Source: the human T2T-CHM13v2.0 reference genome, Homo sapiens. From it: a stretch of 64,000 nucleotides of DNA. A program made the translations under genes and the position numbers. Positions 57,669 to 64,000 of the stretch are shown here, in pieces. Location of the stretch: NCBI RefSeq assembly GCF_009914755.1, contig NC_060926.1; one strand, given 5' to 3'. The first letter of the stretch is position 1; every line of letters begins with the position of its first letter. The notes beneath the pieces are model-generated. The model ran no database searches and was not told the origin of the DNA. It was given only the letters and a program-made list of their open reading frames with translations.

Positions 57669-57870
57669 TGTCAGTTAATTTTTGCTGCATAGGAAAAATC
57701 CCAAAACATAGGAGATTAAAACAACACTTACTTACTAATGGTTCTGTAAGTTATCAATTTCAGCCAGGCTGCCCAGTGTGCTGACCTGGGCAAGGCCTAG
57801 CCCATTTTGACTAAGATTTCTCATAGGTCTGTAGTCAGTTGACAAGTTAGCTAAGGGCTGGCTGATCAAA
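57669..57870 (-). mobile_element. MLT1F-H-like LTR fragment
   Basis: tgtcagttaatttttgctgcata..cccaaaac...ttaaaacaac...gtctgtagtcagttg. Confidence 0.6.
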
Positions 57871-58067
57871 AATGAGTAGATATTACAGAGTATGGTTTGG
57901 GAGGGCAATAATTTGTGGCACTTATTTTGCTGCTGATCACAAATATATTTTTTAAAATCATAGATTTAACTAATAGTTTTCATTGTGCTATTTCAGTAAA
58001 CACAATAGCCCGTTTTGGGACTTGTGGGTGATACCTACACATGTTCAACTTGGCTAATTCTCTGATT

Positions 58068-60320
<2,253 letters not shown>

Positions 60321-60389
60321 ATTTTTTCCTGAATAAAGATCAATATGGGCATATATTTTCAGAGCTTTCAATATTTTATTATTATAAAT

Positions 60390-60545
60390 AACAATATAAT
60401 AATGATAGAGTACTTCCTTTGTGCTGGGTACTATTCTAATATCATTTATTTCAACTAATTTAATCTTCATGAATGCCTTATGATGTACAGTTATCATCAC
60501 TTTATAAATGAAGAAACTGAGGCACAGAAAAGTTAAACGTCTTCT
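60390..60545 (-). mobile_element. MIR
   Basis: tttataaatgaagaaactgaggcacagaaaagttaa core. Confidence 0.85.
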
Positions 60546-60549
60546 CTTA

Positions 60550-61065
60550 TTGAACTCAGAATAGGATTAAATTCATTTTCCATGGCTTGTAAGTCATAGT
60601 TTATCTTCCCCATGAGTTTCTATTTCATGTAAGAACAACCATTTTTAACAGTCTCAGCCATACTAACTTTCCTTCAATTTCTTAAAAATGCTGAGCTCTT
60701 AACTTCTTTATGATCTTTACATATGAAATTTACTTTTTATGGAGTAATTTCCATACCATTATATCTGGCTTCTTATTGCTTAAATCACAGCTCAAATGTC
60801 AGTTTCTTAAAGTAGTCTTGCCAAACAATACTTCCAAAGAAAACTTTTCACCCATCTTGTTATTCTCTCAAAACATATTATTATTTTCTATCACAGCACT
60901 TATCAAACTTGCAATTTAACATTTGTTTGTACAACTGTTTATCATCTGTCTTTCTCAATATAACTTTATGAGGGCAGAAATCATGCCCACTTTATCCACC
61001 ACTTCTTACAAAATCCCTGGCACATCGCAGGTGTTTAATAAATGTTCACTGAATAATGAAGAAAT
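60550..61065 (+). mobile_element. L2a 3' end
   Basis: cagctcaaatgtca...atgagggcaga...cctggcacatcgcaggtgtttaataaatgttcactgaataatgaa. Confidence 0.8.
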
Positions 61066-61124
61066 ATGCATTATGGGAATTGAAAAATTATCATTTACAT
61101 GTTAAAAAATTATAAGTTTAAAAA

Positions 61125-61497
61125 ATTTTTTAAGTTCAAGGTGCATGTACAGGATGTGCAGGTTTGTTGCATAGGAAACTTGTGTTATGGGAGTTTGTTG
61201 TACAGATTATTTCACCACCCAGGTATTAAGCTTAGTAGCCATTGGTTATTTTTCCTGATCCTCTCCCTCCTCCTACCTTCCACCCTCCAATAGGCCCATT
61301 GTGTGTTGTTCCCCTCTATGTGTCCATGTGTTCTCATCATTTAGCTCCCACTTATAAGTGAGAACATGCTGTATTTTCCTGAGTTAGTTTGCTAAGGATA
61401 ATAGCCTCCAGCTCCATCCATGTCCCTGCAAAGAACATAATCTCATTCTTTCTTATGGCTGCATAGTATTCCAAGGTGAATATGTACCACATTTTCA
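61125..61497 (-). mobile_element. Short L1PA11-13-like 3' fragment
   Basis: gtgcaggtttgtt..cacccaggtattaagc..catcatttagctcccacttataagtgagaacatg. Confidence 0.88.
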
Positions 61498-61551
61498 GTA
61501 CTTTTTTATTATGTTTAGATGTCTCACATTTATGAAAGGCTACTTTTAAAC

Positions 61552-61593
61552 ATATGTGTGTGTGTGTATATATATATATACATATATATATAT
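61552..61593. repeat. (TG)n(TA)n compound microsatellite
   Basis: Direct reading. Confidence 0.9.
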
Positions 61594-61619
61594 TTGTATT
61601 TAGTTGTTCCTTAAATAGT

Positions 61620-62400
61620 CTTTTCTGAGCATAAAGTCACCTCCCTCTCCCATATTATCTTCAACTACCCATCCTTCCAGTTATTTATAGAGATACATAT
61701 TGGATTTGTTGATATGGAGAAACAGACAGTATGTCTCCTTAAGCAACTCTACTAGAGTTATGCCATTTTTAAGTGCTTTACTGTGTCATTTTTTTACATG
61801 TATTAGACTTTAACATTCCATCTTGATGGTTACTATCTTTTCCTTTTACAAATATCAATGCCCTTAATTTCTATGTAATACATTTACATTTACAAGAATT
61901 TCCTTACAATTTATACCCAGAAATACTATCTATCAAAAGAGTATATACAATTTAAAATGGTAGATATTGTCAAATACCCTTCTAAAAGATGACACAAATT
62001 TTTACTTTCTTCAAAAGTGAATGTGAATATTTTTTCCCTACAGTTTGAGACTGCCAGACATTGTAAAGTTATTTTATATGTGATTTCAATGTATTTATCT
62101 TGTTATTAAATGTTCACATTGAACACATTTTTATACCTTTATTGATTTTTGTGATTTTTTTTTCCTTTGGTGAATTGCCTGTTCTTTTCTGAGCGCATTC
62201 CTATGTTTAATTATATTTTTTGGTCTCCATTTGTGAGAAAAATTGATTTATATATGAATAAATAAATAAAATTTTTGTCTTTTTCACATGGTGGACATAT
62301 TCCTGCCAGTCTGCAATTTTTTTTCACTTAGTTTATGAAGTATATTACCAATAAGAAATATATACGTGGTCAAAGCTGTCAATCATTTTCTTCTGGTTTC
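61620..62400 (-). mobile_element. Old L1ME-like 3' region
   Basis: tatacccagaaat..., tagatattgtcaaat, gtgaattgcctgttc. Confidence 0.55.
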
Positions 62401-63268
62401 AGTTAAATTAGAATATGTGTGTTTGTGTGTATGTACATATGTACATTTACATATTTTAGAATTTTTAAACATTTAATTATTTAATATCCCAACCCTGCAT
62501 GAAGCAAAGATTCTTAACTTTGCATGCAATCTAGCCAATTCACATGAGTTCATCTCATGTCTTGTGAAACTTTTTAAATGTAGCCAACGGTACCACAGCA
62601 GGTATACAACACTCAATTTCCCTATATGCCAGAGACACAAACTGAGTCAATAATTTATCTGCTTCCAAAATTATAGCTGATGCAGTTTTTAAAAATGTTT
62701 GGCCACAGCATCCCGTCACTGTCCTTCTAACTTCTAGTAGCAGTTTTTCACCATCTAGTACATGGACATGAGGCTAGTGCTGCCTGCTTAAGGTTTTCTG
62801 ATATAGTAGTACTCATCTTGTCTATCAGTCAGGACACATAAAATTATATAATCTCTCTAAAGATTGTGGTGTAAAGATGTTTATTTTCTCACACTGCATA
62901 TGTCCATTAGGAGTAAGTCCATGCAAGAATAATGATAAATCTGTTATTAGATCCTAGAACATTATACAGTAGCAAAATATTTTGTAAAACAGTAATAGCC
63001 TGTAGTTTTCACTCCAGGAATTAGGGTGAAAAAATAGCCTCTCTCTGGAACATAGCAAGCCTCATGACACAGGGACAAAAGAAAAATGAACTTGAAGCTT
63101 CTGTTCAGGAGTGGCACACATCGCTTCCACAAACAATTAATTGGCTAAAGCAAATCACCTGAAGCTCTTGTGTTTAAAGGGCAGATGCTCTGCCAGGGGG
63201 GAGAAGAAATACTCATGAAAGTAATAAAAGATTACTTTTGCCTTTCTCCTTCATTGACTCTATTTTTC

Positions 63269-63990
63269 AGACAGACATGAGCAGGGCAGGAGATGGTGAA
63301 CCTGCAAGCAGGAATGTCAGGCGACCATCAGGTGATGTTCAGGCGGTTGTTAACTGTCTCTCTAAAATAATAGTTGGTTGCAGCCAGCACGAGGGAAAGG
63401 CAGTCTCCCCGTAGATAGAAAATACCTAAAAAAATTGGTGATCAACAGCTTGCCTGTAAGATCTCAGGAGTTGCATGAGTGAGCTCGAGCATGCACACTA
63501 AGAGGCAAAACGGTGAAGTTTAACTGGTATATGACCTCCTAGGGACATTTGGCTGGTAAGGGAAGAATACCTCAAGTGAACATGCCTGCAACTCCAGTAA
63601 ACGCACCTTGCACTCACCTCCCAAGTGCTATCAGGCCACTGCACATGCAGATAGCCCACTACAAGCAAAGAATCAGGGGAGAAAAGAGGCAGACCTTGGA
63701 AGTATGCCAACGTATGAAACCCCAAGTCAAAAGGTCAAATGCACACTTGGCTTTCTCAAGTAGCCCACCTGTCCCTCTTCCAACTATAATTTCCTTCCTT
63801 TTATTTCTGCTCTAAAGCTTTTTAATAAACTTTCACTCCTGCTCTAAAATTTGCTTTAATTTCTGCCTTATGCACTTCAGTCAAATTCTTTCTTCTGAGG
63901 AGGTAAGAATTGAGGTACTGTAGACCCATATAGATTCGCCGCCGGTAACGTTTTGGTGCGGTGTGACTGGGATAATTTCCACTCCTAATA
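63269..63990 (+). mobile_element. MER50 LTR (first ~18 bp missing) with PBS-like 3' extension
   Basis: Colinear with 20020-20718; AATAAA at ~63824; followed by ttttggtgcggtgtgactgggat. Confidence 0.88.
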
Positions 63991-64000
63991 TATTCTGTCT

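Overview
AT-rich primate (most likely human) non-coding DNA, intergenic or deep intronic, made largely of transposable-element relics. I find no protein-coding gene, RNA gene or CRISPR array. The recognisable ORFs in the track are decayed L1 ORF2 pieces, Alu translations or low-complexity reads. Main content: an old MLT1/ERVL-MaLR provirus remnant (~985-11067) split by a near full-length L1MA, THE1 and MST LTRs; six Alus; three L1PA copies with twin-priming 5' inversions; several other truncated L1s; two MER50 LTRs; MLT1, LTR16, MIR, L2, MER5 and MER58 fragments; and simple repeats. The most interesting signals are mechanistic scars. Several small fold-back or templated insertions occur (7638-7699, 10363-10560, 32949-32996, 42112-42149, 55191-55305). 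Two independent L1 inversion junctions fall at almost the same ORF2 nucleotide. One MER50 copy carries a tRNA-His PBS-like 3' extension. I see no convincing new biological system. Repeat subfamily names come from recalled consensus sequences and need RepeatMasker/Dfam confirmation, and old-element boundaries are approximate.
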